Positions 13,312 through 28,700 of a stretch of DNA of 64,000 nt are shown one piece after another (within the stretch, counting starts at the first letter, position 1; each line of letters starts with the position of its first letter). The DNA is from Azolla caroliniana. Its lineage: Eukaryota > Plantae > Polypodiophyta. The notes under the pieces are model-generated. The model was not told the DNA's origin, made no database searches, and worked only from the letters and a program-made list of their open reading frames with translations. The position numbers were made by a program, and so were the translations under genes. The stretch is from the NCBI GenBank assembly GCA_043228905.1, contig JBHGNT010000006.1, positions 620,001-684,000 on the forward strand, given 5' to 3'.

Positions 13312-16300
13312 TGCTCCTCCTTAGAGATCTGCTGAAGAAACCATTATGATGAATCGATGTAGAGCCTCGTTGTGTAGGAACTCTTCTGATCTAGGGTTTC
13401 TCGAAGATTCCCCTGTTTAGAGATGGTTGCTTCTCTGCCCTTGGCTATTACCGACGGAGAAAGTCTCCATTGACCAGGCCTACTCCATCCCTGTTTGTGG
13501 CTTAAAAAGTAAGCATTGACATTCGATGTCGATGTCTTACACCACACACAGCTCACCTCCTCCTGGTGCTCCCCATTTTCAATGAAAATCGTGGCATTCG
13601 AGAGGAGGAAGTCATCGACGTTCCTAGTTTGTTGGTTCTATGGGAGGATAAAGAACCACTTCGATTCTTGTGAATAATCGAAGACATGCCACGAAAATAA
13701 CCCATCACTTTTGCTCTGATTTCCACTACATATGCTCTTTCTTGGGTCAAAGCCCTAAATAGTGAAGGCAACTCGACCTTAGGAAATAAAAGAGAGGTGG
13801 CCTTAGTGAGTGAAGGTAAGTTGGCCTTCAAGTGCTAGGGGTGAAGGTCAATCGACCTTAGGGAGTGAAGTTAGCTAATTGCCCCTAACCATAACAACAA
13901 GTACTTGATGGTTGACTTGCCCCAATGTGATGTTGAGTGTATTATGTCTACAAAGTTGGACTGTCTAAATTTAGGCTTACCTTCGGCCACTTGTGGTATT
14001 TGGTGTGACTTCCATGGTAATGCCAATAACCTTATGATCTCTTTGGCCTTCATGGGCAGTTGTACCAGGTCAAACTAGTAAAATCTGAATATGGTTGTAG
14101 TTGTCCACCTTGCATTTGGTTTCGTTAGCGATGTAAATAGCACTCTCTAGCCTTGGTGGGCAGTCGTACAAGGATGCCCTAGTAAGGTGTGGGTATGGTT
14201 ATGGTTGCCTCCAAATTGTGTTCATTTTGATGACCTAGTCGTGCTTGGTGTTATTGTGGTTGGAGATATGTCTAGATAATCCTTTGTTGGTTGCTCACAT
14301 TTGATGGGAAATTTGATTGTTTGGGTATGGATCTTTGTGTGATAATTACGTATCTACTTAGGGCCTTGTATTTATTTATTTATTGAGTTTTCATTTTGTG
14401 TGTGCAAAGCTCCAAACATGGCACCACCTCTACCATATGATACAACATGCACATGTACAACTGCTTCAATATGTGATACTCAACACCGCACCAAGGTTAG
14501 ACATGATGGGTAGGTTTTTAACAACGGAGGTATTCACAATGGATACTACGAATCTTGGCATATCGCTAAAGAAGAAGGTACTCAAAGAGATGGAAATAGA
14601 AGACATGTGCCAACAACACCCCCAAAAGGACCGACAAGCTTGAGATGCAACATGCCAATGTATTCTCAAAAGAAGAAGCACGCGTTAGTGAAGTGCCACT
14701 CCAAATGAGTATGAATAAAATTTTGATGATAAAAAATGAATACTTGGATAACAAAAATAATGGTTTAAGGATGCTTAACCACACCAATAACTTGTGAGCA
14801 AAGGACAAGAGACAAATATAAAGTATCATTGGTGTCCCATACTATTAAATATTGCCTTATGTTATACCTTGGATATCGAGATGAATGAATCTTAATGAAG
14901 GGAGCTTTGCCTCCCACTAGAGTTTCAGTCCCCTTTACATAGCCCAAACCTTGGGTTCCCAAATCACCACATGTTCTGATGTATCATAAGTCCTTATGGG
15001 TTTGTCCCAAGTCCTAGGATATTTGTTTCACACATATCCTACCCTTAAAGCACTAGATTGGCTTTAGAATTAGTTCTTAAGGTTATCCATGTAATGCAAA
15101 TAAATCCATAACAATTATTACGAGGGTGCACCCTTCTATCAAGGAAACCCCAACCCGAGAAGATAATCTATGTATCCATTCGAGCAAGCAAATGGAAGAA
15201 TTCAGAATGGCAATCATGGTTACCCAAGATGAACTCGGACTCAACATGACGGGGTAGAGGACATACATGATAAAGAAACTCATCACCAACTTGAAGTCAC
15301 AAGTGAGCAACAAGAACCAAATGAGGATGAAATAATTGAAATTCCACAGAGCATGGAAGACCATAAACCTTTTAAGACGAAATGACAATCAAGCTCCCTC
15401 CTTTTGAAGGTTTGAGTATGTAAATGTAAGAAGTCAAATGGCACTAGCGGCTACCTAAGACAAATTTTTTGGTTTATCATGAAGAAGGTCGTCAGTGTCA
15501 CAACTCGAACTCATTGGTGATTTGCAAGGGCCAAATGAGGCAGATGAGGTCATTGGAATTCGACAAACCCCCAATGTTAAATGGACATAACCTTGGAAGT
15601 CAAAATGGAATTGAGGATACATAACTTGAAATTTTGGCTCAACATGATGAAGAAGCTCACCATCAATACAAAATCATGGGTGAGTTGTAGGAGTAAATCG
15701 AGGAGAATAAGGTCATGGATACCGTCAAACATGGATGCGGCATCTACATGATTGTAACATTGTCTATTTTCATTATGGTTGTAAAGTTTGTTCTTTGTTG
15801 GGCATTCACTAATTATTGTGGGCCTTGACAATTGAAACATCTCATGTGTAATCTACGGGTTCTCGTTGGCTTAGCCTGATTTCTCTACATTCACTTCACA
15901 ATACAAATATAGGTTATCATGGCCCATTATTTTATAAGTAGAATAAAGTAGAAAAAGCAAATTACTTTATCACCAAAATGGTTTTAAAGCACATTTCTCA
16001 ACACAATTTGTGAACTACTTGAAACTATTCTAACAATTGTCAATTTCTTGTTGACATGGTCGATTACGTCTTAATTTCAAATTGATTCTAAACAAGCATG
16101 ATCTTCAACATGCAAAACCATTGTTGGTAGCTCCTATTAGAAGATGAGTCATGTTTCCAACAAGTGATCTAGTGCACCAATAGCCGTAACTCCAACTACC
16201 CTATGATAGATTGCCCATCGTATAGTATACCATGACCATTCATACACTACATAATGTTGTCATTATAATGATCTTACTCAATCGACTCCCAACATACATA

Positions 16301-16899
16301 GCATCAAATACACATAGGATTGTGTGCTTCGGCCGAAATTCCCGACAAACACTACGCGTATGCCATTATAAATAATGACCTTTGCCACAATAATTGATGC
16401 CCATTCCTTAACAATGCGATAATCGTGAAACCTACCATGGTGATGAACATCCACCTTACTATGCAACATATGAATACAACCTACCACACAAGGAGCGCCA
16501 ATCTCAATCCCAAGTTTACAAGTATGCGCTCAATTTGTGCAATAACCTTCACTAAGATGACAACCGCTTCTACCAAAACCAATAGCCAATATATGTGTAC
16601 GTCACAATCAACCCTCTCATTCCTACCCATCCAACAACTAGGGATCTCTCACACAATTTTCTCGATCCAACCGCACCAACATTAGCCCGTTCCTCCCTAA
16701 CCAACCTTTACAAACTCTAATCCTGAAGCTTTTCCATTGTCATCCCACCAACATACATTTCTACTATTGTAAAAAAGAAGAGTACCTAACCAACCATTAC
16801 CTCAAGCGCCCCCCAACTATAAGGACAAAGGGTCAAAGTCAATTTACTAAAGACTTGCACAACTAATCACCTCAAAGTCATGACCCTTGACCATGCCAC

Positions 16900-17512
16900 A
16901 CCACCATTGAGGCCTCTTCCAAACAAGATTGTATACAATTTCAAACAAAAACGTGGGTAGTGGATAGGAGCCACAAAAGGGCACATTATATGGTTGAACA
17001 CAATGCCGAACAAGCTACTTACATTGCTCTTAACCAGCCAATCCCTAGGACCACTCTGTGCTCGTGTAGGGTCCGAACCCCATGTAGTATGGAGAGCATT
17101 GATGGACTGCCAAGTCTCCATCCCCATTAAACTACTCCATACAATTCCCTCCTTGACCTCAGAGTTTCACACATCTTGCGCCCCACCCCCGCCCCTGCCC
17201 CCTTAAAAGTCAACAAAACCCCCTCTTTTCACCATCGTAAGGCAAGCTTCTTCACCCTTACAAGAACAGCCCACCAATAATCATGTGCACTCACTTTTCC
17301 TTCATCTGCAAATCAACGGCTTTGAAGTACACATAGTTGTCGTGGATGGCTACTCGCACATTAAGGTCATGAACAAGCCTACGGCTTTAAGAGCCTATAT
17401 GCTTTCAGATGGCTGGGCTAACACTAGCTCGTCCCATTCCATGGGTTCCTCAAGAAATAATAATGCCATCCACCACCCACATTGGCAATTACCCGATTCC
17501 TATCTCTATTAA
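16900..17512 (+). mobile_element. Decayed retroelement RNase H remnant
   Basis: HIVVVDGYSHIK followed, after a frameshift, by GHEQA resembles RNase H V.GHS.I.GNE.AD. WVVDRS near 16950 resembles the .DGS motif. Many stops. Confidence 0.3.
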
Positions 17513-18186
17513 AATTTTCCCATTTAGCATACGGATATGCATGCTCATTTCTCCTCAATAATAACACGACAAAAATGAAAAGATGTCTACTAAACAAGGA
17601 CTGTTAACTTACACAATCACATCATGTCCCCAATTAGTGTTTCTGAGTGGGTGTCTTTCTTGCCATGGTATTAATGTTTGGCTTAAAGACTATTCCCTAC
17701 CTTCACGCATGTCTTCCGAAACAATTTTTTGAGTCATGATGTTTTCTTTATTTCTGCAAATGACATGAACATGCCATTACATTAACTACATTTACTATTC
17801 AAGTTATTGATGCAATCAACTCACTGCTAGCACATTACTGAATCAATTCATTCTTTTCAAGCATTATCTAATTAGTCATTTTGCTTGAGGCTCGTTACTT
17901 GCTGAATCAATTCTGCATAACTGAATTAAAACGCACATTTTATTCATAAATGTTTTTAAGGAAAAATGTGGTTTATTGTAATTATAAATAGAATAACTTG
18001 AAATGGTTGGCAGGCATGTCTTCTCAATGAAGGAATGCAAGAATAAAGTATGTCGTAATTGAGGCACGATGAATCTCCTTATGTATACATTTCATTTCAA
18101 CTATCAAGGTTGAGGCCATGTGGAAGAAAGGATTTCTTTTCTTATTTCATTGTTGATTGCAAAACACATAACATGTCAAGAAGGTA

Positions 18187-20571
18187 CTACTTGCCTCGAC
18201 AAAAATGTTTATGGACTTCAATTCCTGCACAGAGAACCGATGATACAAGAAAGAGTTTGTCACACCTTTGTACCAACTCGGACAATCTACTCACATTGTA
18301 TAGAACGCATCTAAAGAAACCCTTGCCATTCTTTCTCTTTTTTACTTCAAAAGTGTTGGGTGATGCCTCTTTCAACCTTCTTGTAAAAATGACACAAGCT
18401 ACTCTACTCTTGAAAGCCATTATTGCCCTTTTATTTTGTGGTTGGTTTTTGTTGGGTAAAGATGCTTTCCTCTGAAGCCGATTTTTCTCTGTTGATCGTG
18501 CTCGCATGAGCATTGATGTCCGCCTCAACTCCACCAGTTTTGATTGCTCCCTATGATGATGATTGAGACTTATTGTAGCTTTGGCATGCATTTCCATGAT
18601 TTTTGCGGCTTGAACTGCAAAGATGTGTTCTACATAGCTTAGAAGATTATGCTCTTTCATCATATCAAAAGACATACCTCTAAGATGGAAGCTCAAATGT
18701 GAATTAACCGTCCACCGGTCAATATTTGCAAGCTCGTATGCACATCTCTCAGGATCTAATATCATCATTTGTCCCGCAAAAGAATATCCATAATCCAAGT
18801 AGAAAGAGATTGCAAAGACCAATAATTTGTTCAAGAGCAAACGAGAGAATGCCGGTAGCCATTGTAATGCTTGTGATGCCATCGCCAATAGGGGTACCTC
18901 TTGGGTAATTCTCAACTTCATCTTCAGCATCTTTAGAACCAATATAAGCACCCTTGTGCAATGGAACACGTCCTCTAATGGACCAACTTGGAGGCCTGCC
19001 CACAAGGTATAAAGTGTGTAGGCCACAGGCATTACTTTGGGAACAAAATCGCTCCGTGATACCAAGTGTGTGAAGTGGTGTTTGTAGCGCGTGTTTATGT
19101 ACCTAGCAAGCCTATAATCCGCAAAGAAAGGGGAGCCAAATGTGTAGCATTGGAGCTGTTAAAAACCAAGAAAACAAGTTAACACTACATGTCATGAGCT
19201 AGGACATAACTACATGAATAGGGGCATTAAGTGGCTCCATTAGTTATAGGTCAACTTTTGGTCAGCTTAAATTTGAATGACTATAGTATGGCAATAAACC
19301 TAGAGTTTGAGATATATCAAATGCTAGCTACACTTGTGCACTATTTTTACTATCTATTTTCTATCCTATAATAAAATCTATCTACCAATCTAGTTAACTC
19401 CTCCATATGAGTGGCAATCTATGGCTTGATCATGCATTATGATCACATGCTAGCTAGTTTATTTAATCAATCATGTTTATCAGGTAAATTAATGTAATTA
19501 AGAAAGTGTAATCCTAATACAAGAAAAACAAACCAAAACCAAGAGAATAGTGCAAAATCTTTCGATAGATATAGACATTTCATATTAGCATATACTTTCT
19601 CATAGGTGTGTTCAAAAGAAAAGAAAGGAAAGAAGAAAGACCATCAGTTAATATACATATCCCGGTTACCTTTAAAGAATCAAAAGAAGGAAGGAAAGGG
19701 CATCAACTAATTGAAAACACTATTTACTTGAAGAATAGAAAGAGCATCAAATGACATAAATTTTTGTTTCCTTTAAAAAGGAAGGTCCCTAATTTGTCAG
19801 ATTATAGCCCAAATAACCCCCAGGATTTCAGAATTTACCAGAATATTCCACAATATTACCTAACTAGTGAGGAGTATTTGGTGCCCCCCCCCCCATTTTC
19901 CAAAACTGAACACCACCAGCACCACAAAAAAGGAGGAAAGACAATCAACATCTCATGTGAAGAGTTAGTTATCCATGGTGTTAAGTAAGAAGAGAAGGAT
20001 GATCAGGGTCTTCCTAAGTATGATTAGATTAGCCACCACCCTTTAGAAAGAAGAAGTTATAATGCACCTGTTGATGGCACCATGTCCCAGTGGCTTCTAG
20101 GAGCCGAAGCGTCAGAAGAGAAGCTACAGCACCACCCAGTGAATGCCCCGTGAGAACTAACATCTCATTCCGAACCAACAACCTTCTAAGGTAGCCCATT
20201 GGTATACTTTTCGCGCGGTCGAGGAACCCTGCGTGCGCAGCACCATCCCCTACGCTCAGAGTCCTATGCACAATGTTGAGATCCACAAGGGCATCACTAA
20301 CATCGGTAGTGCCTCGGCATGCCACAATGTAATGCCCTTCCAATATGTTCCTAACAATGATCAGGGTTTGTTTGCATTCAGAAAACCCGGCTTCATCGAG
20401 CTCTTCATTGGAGAGAAACTCGTACTTTGACATCACTTGGGGACCATAATTTTCTTCCATCATAACTAGCTGTGCTTGTGGATTGTTTCCGTAGACTGCT
20501 GCGGAGAGGATGAGGGCATCCAGAAGCCATATTGGGTGCTTCTCATCCTTCATATTTTGCAAAGGTGCCAT
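18187..20571 (-). CDS. Class 3 lipase family protein (~490 aa, 2 coding exons)
   Basis: Exons 20571-20068 and 19155-18187 (cag|GTGCAT...taacAG|, phase 0). Motifs VACRGT, AHAGFLDRA, GHSLGG nucleophile elbow, CYTFGSP, DFVPK. Confidence 0.88.
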
Positions 20572-22726
20572 CGTGAAGGGCCGGCCCTCTATGTATGTTT
20601 GTTCTGTGTACCGGATTTGAATGTGATGTGCAACAATCAACCATTCCTAAACATGACCACTTCTTGTGAGGGCGGTGACAATTTCATCATCTGTGATGGG
20701 TAAAAGAATCACTCCAATTCGAAACATGGGGCATATCTGAAAGTAGGGTTTCTCAATTACATATCTGGCATTCATTCTAACCATGTTATATAAGTGTGGA
20801 CATTAAATTATATTACCTTTTCTTCCAACGCGCAATTCTGATACACTGATGACAGAGCAATGCCCTGGGGAGAAACAGTCTCTGGTTCTGTCTCATGGGC
20901 CAAATTTGGCCTTAGAAGACGTTAATATATCTTTCTTTCTTCTTTCTTTCTTCATCTTCATATCGTTTTAATCTTCTGCAAGAGGCACAGATTAGAAGAT
21001 ATATAGACTCAGACTTCGGTGTCCACTTCCACCTGGCCATTCAGAGCCCGATTTGCGTCCATAACAAAAACACATATGTATGTATGTATTTGCTACTACC
21101 TTTTAGCATTTGACATTCATTGCCTGAGCCTGAGGCATTGTTGAGTGAGTTGCTGACACGTAAGAAAGAAGCGTTACCCACCCACCACTCAGCGTTTCTC
21201 CACTCTAACACGCAAATCATTGCAAACCCACCCATACATAATTAATTTGCACACATTGAGCTTCCTTCAAGACAAGGACAATGACATTATGTATGTACAT
21301 AGATGACTCTTCACGTGACCACCACCGCTTCTACAAAACTTCGAGAGATGATCACATAACACTTATTGGGAGGATACACCTAACCTCCTTAACAAAATGA
21401 CTAGTAAAGTACATATATCTTGGGCTATTACTAACCATTGATGTTCTCTCTACTTAATACAACGTGTTAAGATTCGTAGGTGTTGCTTATACAACGTGAT
21501 GTCGTGGGGGCAATATGCAATGATAATCGACTTTTACCCTGGTGACAATGACTCACTGCATATTGTTAGCCTTGGCTCTATGTCTAGGAGGCGATGATGA
21601 GTCCATTGTTTTTTTGGATTGGAGAAGAGATCAAGGCCAAGGTTAGAAAGAAGGGACTATTGCTAGAAAAGTGTGATGAGGTTAGAAAGGAAGGGGTATC
21701 ACTCGAAAGTTGTGAAGAGCTAGAATATGTCAGAATAAGAGGGTTATTGCACAAAAATGTTGCACTGAGTAGAACATTAGTGGGTGTGTATTCCGTCTAT
21801 TCCCCCAAACCTTATTTGTTTGTTTACTTCTCGTTTTATCGACTATTTGATGTTTCCACTTTATTGGCTTGAACGATTTGATATTCAATACAATTGAAAT
21901 TACTCAGGCCTCAACAAGAATTTGAACCATCATAATCAATTAGATTTCTCAAGGCTTACAAACAATCATGTGTATGTATATCTCCTCTAATATCTCCTCT
22001 AAAGCTATAGAAAATGATCTTCTTTTGGACCATCTTTCCAAATAAATAATCACCGCTAGCATTTCCAATTATGATCCCCCAACTACATACTAATATTATT
22101 ATTTCATAACTTGGGAGTCAATAATGTTGGCAAACAAGTATATTCACAAAAATGGTTTAAACATAGACGTAAGTGGCAAACACTTAGATGCTCTAATATT
22201 ACGTGTGCATGGTTGTCACAATATTGCCGAATCATCTAACATGATAAATCAACGTGCCATGCTAAAGATGTAAATGGAGTAGGTGAAGATAATCCACAAG
22301 TCCTCTAACATGGGTGGAACTTCCGTTCGAGGAAGGAATGGGATGACAACATCACAACCAAGGGGGTCGATGGATGGCTGACCATACACACATATGCTTG
22401 CTCCTTGCTCTTTGCTCCTTGGAGAGAGAGGGGGAGGGAGGGAGAATATGCATGCATGGTATGGAGTAATCGTGAGACGAGAAAGTAGGGTTTCGAAACC
22501 TAGACCTACGATTAGCTTACCACTAGGATACATATACATATGTACATAAGCAAATAATTAGGAGAAAGCACTATGTATGTAGTATGTATGCTTTTTACCA
22601 TGAAACACCACCCAGGTCCCAAACAAACAAGACTTTATTTGCTCGCAGTGCATTGTGCATGCACTGCTTACTTACTAAGCTCATCCCCTTCCTCCGGAGA
22701 CTTCCCTCTGTGTATGTGTGTGTGTG

Positions 22727-22755
22727 CCTGCCTGCCTGCCTGCCTGCCTGCCTGC
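22727..22755. repeat. (CCTG)n microsatellite upstream of the exonuclease ATG
   Basis: About 7 CCTG units. Confidence 0.85.
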
Positions 22756-22795
22756 CCCCAGGGTTATCAGAAAGTAGCAACTTCTCTCTGAAGAC

Positions 22796-25700
22796 ATGAC
22801 GGAGGAGGAGCGTAACGTTAATAATAACAACAACAGAGATAATAACTCACCATCAGTGTCACCATCATGGTCCATGGTCGTGCATCCTCTGGCAGATTTT
22901 TCTTCTTCTTACCCTTCCCTATTCGTCTTCCATCTCAAGCACAACTTCATCCACAGTAAGATTTTCTCTACATTTTTCTTTCTCACGTCTTTCTTGTATA
23001 TAATATATATATTCATGTTCATTGGAGCGTATTTCTACACACTATCTTGCTTATTTCTGCAATTCCTCTGTAGAAATGCATTTCCATCAGATGATGATCT
23101 TTATTAATCATCACCGGTGGAATTCTCTGATTTATAATGCATAGGTTTGGTTCATTTTCTGTGTATGTACATACCAGTCCACATAAATCAAGACTCTGGA
23201 CGTTGTTGGAAGAGAGAAATCTTTTGCAGGTTAAGTTTTTGTTTGTTTCAAAAGAAACATTCTTTAAATTAGCGGAGAATTCGAATTGCCTTGGATGATT
23301 CTAAGGATTCTTAGTTGATATCTGCTTGTTATTCCTAATAAAATCCTGCAACGTTCGAAATCTCTGCTGTGGAGGATATGTATGTGTTTTGACGAGTCAA
23401 ATTAACAGTTTTGGCATTCGACTGAGTCTCTGATATTGGGCCATTATGTTTTTTAGAGATTTTAATGTTTCTTTCTTTCTCTCTGTGAACAATACACATC
23501 TTCTTCTCGGATAGTGTGGTATTCCATGTATACAGGCATATGTCGTATATAATTTCTCCTGCTTTTCTTCAGACACAACAGTGTATGATAGGTAGATAGA
23601 CGAAATTGCTATAATTGGGGAAGTGCAATAGGTAAAAAAATGCATTTATTTATAACCAAGGTTTCTTCTTGGAGCTTATAAAAATAATTCTGTGCGGACT
23701 TAAGAATGTACAAAAAAGAAATGCATTTATTTGGTTTCATCTGGGAGCTTATAAAAACCCAAAATCCTAAGGAATCTAGTTTCAGAATCCGGTTGTATGA
23801 AAAAATGTATTAGTTTCCAACGGAAGTTTTTCTAATTGGGAAGATATTTTTCTAGGTTTTGTCTGAAGTTTGATTATTATTATTTTTTGTTTGGAAGAAA
23901 CAGAGATGTAAGATCTTTTTATGAAATGGGTGGGTTTAGTTGAATAGGACGTTATTCACCCACGTCCATCTGGACTGTGGCTCAACTTGCTGTATCTTTC
24001 ATTAGGTGGGAACTAGTATTATCACACGACATTGAATATGCCTTCCTTGTTTAAATGGCCTTTCCATATTGGACCACCTGGTGCTAGAGGGCCATCCAGT
24101 GAAAGAGGGTCATTCAGATGGCCGAAATTCTGGTTCCACCAATCAACTAGCACCACTCATGATTAGTTTCTGGTTATGCATTTGCCAATATTAAGAAAGC
24201 CTTTACTTCATATTGGAGGAAGTTAGATAAGCACATAACTTTTTTCTTTGTTTCTCTCTTTGATGTATTTGGTTAAGTCTGATAGGACATTGGAATTGGC
24301 GTTACAGGAGTCTTTTAGGAAGTTCAAATTGCCTTATCTTTTCGTCTGTTGTATCTTCCTTTATATATTTGATTAAGTCTTATCAGCTATTATGGGGGTT
24401 GTAATATCTCACCTTTGTTTCTTTCTTGATTGCTGTCTAGTTGTCATCATCACTAATTTGGTTTCATTAACCAGTACTCTCTGTATTTCTACAGGTCAAG
24501 GAAAGTCGACAGCCAAGTTTCATGCCATTCGTAAGCAAGTCATACAAACTCTGCCGACTTCACCATCCCCTGGGCCAATGACATTTGCAATTCGTTGCTT
24601 AGATGCCTTGACACTTGTGGGTCCCCCATATAATGAAGGCCTTGGACACCTTCTCACATCAGCTATAAACAATGTAATTAGGCAAAAAAAGTCAACTGAA
24701 GAAGATTCTTCTCTAGCTAAAAAGATTGCAGCATCACTCATTTGTAATGCTTTCACGAGAAGCATGAATGATATGGATGAAAGAATCATGGTTAAAATCA
24801 TTGAGGTCTTTGATGTTCAAGCCACAGACATACTGAAGGCTTTAATGAATATTGAGACAGATGATAAAACCTTATGTTCTGAGGTGCTCGTTGAGTCACT
24901 TGTCTTGGACTTGATCAAGAAGCATTCATATAGTTGTGCATCATCTTTGATAAAAACTTTCAAGTTGAACCAATATGTATCTCCTGATTTTATCGCAAGT
25001 ATGGTCAGTGATGGTAACCCACAATTGGCAGGGAAATGGGCAGCATATCTTGGAAGAGATGCACTCTGTCATTTAGTGCAACATTTCACAAATGTTGGTA
25101 TGTTTGAAGAGGCATACATATATGTAAAGAATTATCAGCTTGCTGATAGGTTTCCTGATGCACGCCGCCTTTATAAAAGCAGGTTAGCTTTCATATACTG
25201 CTCTGGTTTCAGTATCACTAATATGTCGACAGCCTCTTGACCTATAATGCAGTTTTAGATAATTTGGGAATCCTCCCTGGTCTTGGAATGGATTGATGAT
25301 TTTGTTGCAAAGCTATCTTGGGAATTGATGACAGTATTTCTTAGATTTTTATTTTAAAACAAAATCTTGCCTGACAGGGGATATCTTGTATCTACTAGTC
25401 AATATCGTTCTAAGATATGCCATGGTTGATCATTTGAAACTATTTTTAATGCATTTTATATTAGTCATTTCCCAAATATGGAACTAGAAAATATGCTAAA
25501 TATCTGAGGTACTTTTTGTAAACTTTTTCACTACAGCTGTTTACCCGAAGTCTTAGTAAAAGGCCTTTCGGATCAATTAGGTGATGTGGAAATTTACTTA
25601 CAGGAAGACAAGGTACAACACTTACAAGGCACTGTGGTGAACTCTCATTTTCATCTGATCTGCATGGATGAAATAATCATATGTTTTTCCATGTAGCGTA

Positions 25701-28700
25701 AGGTATTCTATTTGAATGTGCGTTCTAAGCTGTAAATTCTGAATATTCTATTGACCGTGTAACTTTTATGAACTTTTTGTTTTGAAGCTATGGAGCCCAT
25801 GGACTTGTTTTTTAAATGAGATCAAAATGCAACAATTATTTCTGTAGTTTGTGATGAATTGCTAAGACAAATCATGTCAAATGTCTCCTATAAAAATTAC
25901 AAGCAAAAAATCATGTCCAATGTCTCCCATAAAAATTGCAAATAAACAATTATATATGTATGTATGGTGTCCGACAAATTTTAGTTTTGCAGTGTCTCCA
26001 AATGTTTCTAAACCCTGTTTCCGTACTAAACTGGTTTTAAAACAGGAATCATACTCAAGCTCAATGATTGACTCGTGAGAGCCACCAAAAGCTTTAGGGC
26101 ACACCACCGACATCCTAGAAGAAGGCTGAAATTAGATGCTAGAGGCAGATAAGCATTATGAACTCCTAGGATCACCATATATATAGAGCTTTACTGAGGA
26201 AGCAGTTTTTGTCATCCTATGAAGACTGATACAATCCATTTTGAGATGATGCCTAACAATCAGAATGAAAACTCCTCTGCCTATAGTTGAAGTTGATGGC
26301 TATTGTTTCAGTGTCTGAATTTCTATCCAACTTCCCTTTCATTGTTAGTTTCATCTAATCATAATATGGATCCCTGTAATGTATCCCATGTGGTGATTCT
26401 TGCATTGTTTTTGGACCATAACAATAATCATGGTGCCAGGGATATAGCTTTTCTGTTTGCCTCTAGGATACACTACAGTGTCTGTCTCTTATTTTCGTTC
26501 ATGTTATTTCAGCTTTTTTCTATTTTGTAGTTCACACAGAGTTGTACACCTATGTATCACCATGTATTCTATACCGGATGGGATGGTGTTCGTTTATGCT
26601 ATTCAAATGCTACTATGCATAAAAAAATCTCTTTCATAACCATGCTGTTCTTGAAATGGTTTTTCATAGCAAGTTTCATGTACTAGAGATTTTCCTTTTT
26701 TTGTAGGTAAGCTATCAAATGAAATGAAGGTATAATGTTTTTGGGCTCATACGCCACCTTGGTCTCCACCTACTGACTAATGCAGTATTTTGTATTTTTC
26801 TGAATTCTTTTCTAATGTCAAAACTCTATGCAATGATACTTTGCCGTTTATCTGATGTTGACATGTCAGCTTTTAGGACATCAATGAGACACATTAAAAT
26901 AAATAAGAAATTGAACTTACATCAATTTAATTAAATATTTTTTCTCTAACCCGTGTAATTTGTAGGAAAAAGATTTCCAACAAAAGGAGGTAATTGGAGA
27001 TTCTGTGGAAAGTTGTAATCCAGGTATGAGGCATGGCCATCATCTGCATATACTGTTTATTAATTCTCTTATACTGCTATTCCTTCTTGTTGGCTGTCCA
27101 TCTAAAATTCATGCTTATTTAATCACAAGAAATCAGAAACTACCTGAAGCTGATTGATATCATGCCGCTCAAAAATGTTGTGTGGGTTGAGACCAAAAAG
27201 GATCTAGATTTTGCCATGACACTTCTCAATGGGGCGTCTGTTGTGGGCATTGATTGTGAATGGAAGACAAAACGAATAAAGGATACCCACATTGACAAGG
27301 TTATTCTATCTTCCTTAATTTCTTTTGTAAATAAACATTTGTATTGCAGAAAAAGGACTGTGTAGCATCCATAGAACGAAATATACGTGTTCGTGCAAGC
27401 ATTCAAACATTTAAAAATGTTTGAAAATGAACACTTTTGAAAAGGGAAAAATGTGTGCTCCTTTTTTCTTTTTTTAAATTTCATTTATTGTCATTACAAA
27501 TCGACTCACCCTAGTAGTATGTTGTCATGCTACTGCTGTTTATGTCTTGGGTTTGATTTCCAATTTTCTCATCTCTCTCATTAGTGTTATGTCATAGCAA
27601 AATTTTATGTTAGTGTCATATTAGTTTTCTTTTTCCTTATTATTAGAAATTAACTCAACCTAATGGTCAGTTGTCATGCTACTATTGCCTATGTCTTGGG
27701 TTCAATTCCCAATTTTCTCATATCCTCTCTTTAGTGTCATGTCATGGCCAAAATTTTATGTTACTGTCATGTTCTTTTTTTTCTTTCTTTGTTATTAGAA
27801 ATTAGCTCACCCTAGTCGTAAGTTGTTATGCTACTACTGCCTATTCATGTTTTCTTCATATTCTCTGAGTTTTTGAACGTTTGATTATAACTTAGAATGA
27901 CATATTTTGATTCAATCTCTATAGTTCATACTCGTTTATTTGTAAAGTTCTAAAGTGAGGAGGATAGAGATGTCTTGATTCGTAAGAGGCATCCCAAAGG
28001 CATGCATGTGATACAATGCAAATATTGCAACCATACTTATGTTGGTGGTTCACAAGGGAGAGTGAATCAATATATAATATAGACCATAGTCAATCCAATC
28101 CAACTTTGAGATGATTTACCATACATGTTTGATTGAATCATTCTCGAATGCGAATGCATGTATGTTACGTATGGTTCATTCTATGGTAGCATCTATAGCA
28201 ACTATAGTACCAAGTACTTAAAGCAAATATAAAATTTTAATCTGATTGTCTAGTGGTATTATCATCTCTCAATGGCATGTGTGCTAGCTGCAAGTGTTAA
28301 GTTTGAATCTAATTTCATTATAATTTCTGTTACTCAGGGGAAAATGCATTTCGCCCCCCATTTCAGAAATTTCTGGAACAATCATTTTCTTTTTATGCCG
28401 TTAATGAAACCCAGAATACAAATGTCTCATACTTCTGTTACAACCTATTGATATAGACATTATGATTGCATATGTTTTCTGATTACATACTTGCAGGTAA
28501 CAATTTTACAATATAGCTACACAATATTCTCATACTTCTGTTACAATCTATTGATATAGACATTATGATTGCATACGTTTTCTGATTATATTCTTGCAGG
28601 TAACAATTTTACAAATAGCTACACGAGAACATGTCTTTGTATTTGATTTAATCACCCTTTCCCTAGTCAATACCTGTGGATTGAATGCTTGCATTGAATC

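Noticed and set aside
13553-15850. Possible decayed TE sequence
   Set aside because: No termini, TSD or motif could be assigned.
21564-21892. Possible solo LTR (TG...CA)
   Set aside because: No TSD and no second copy.
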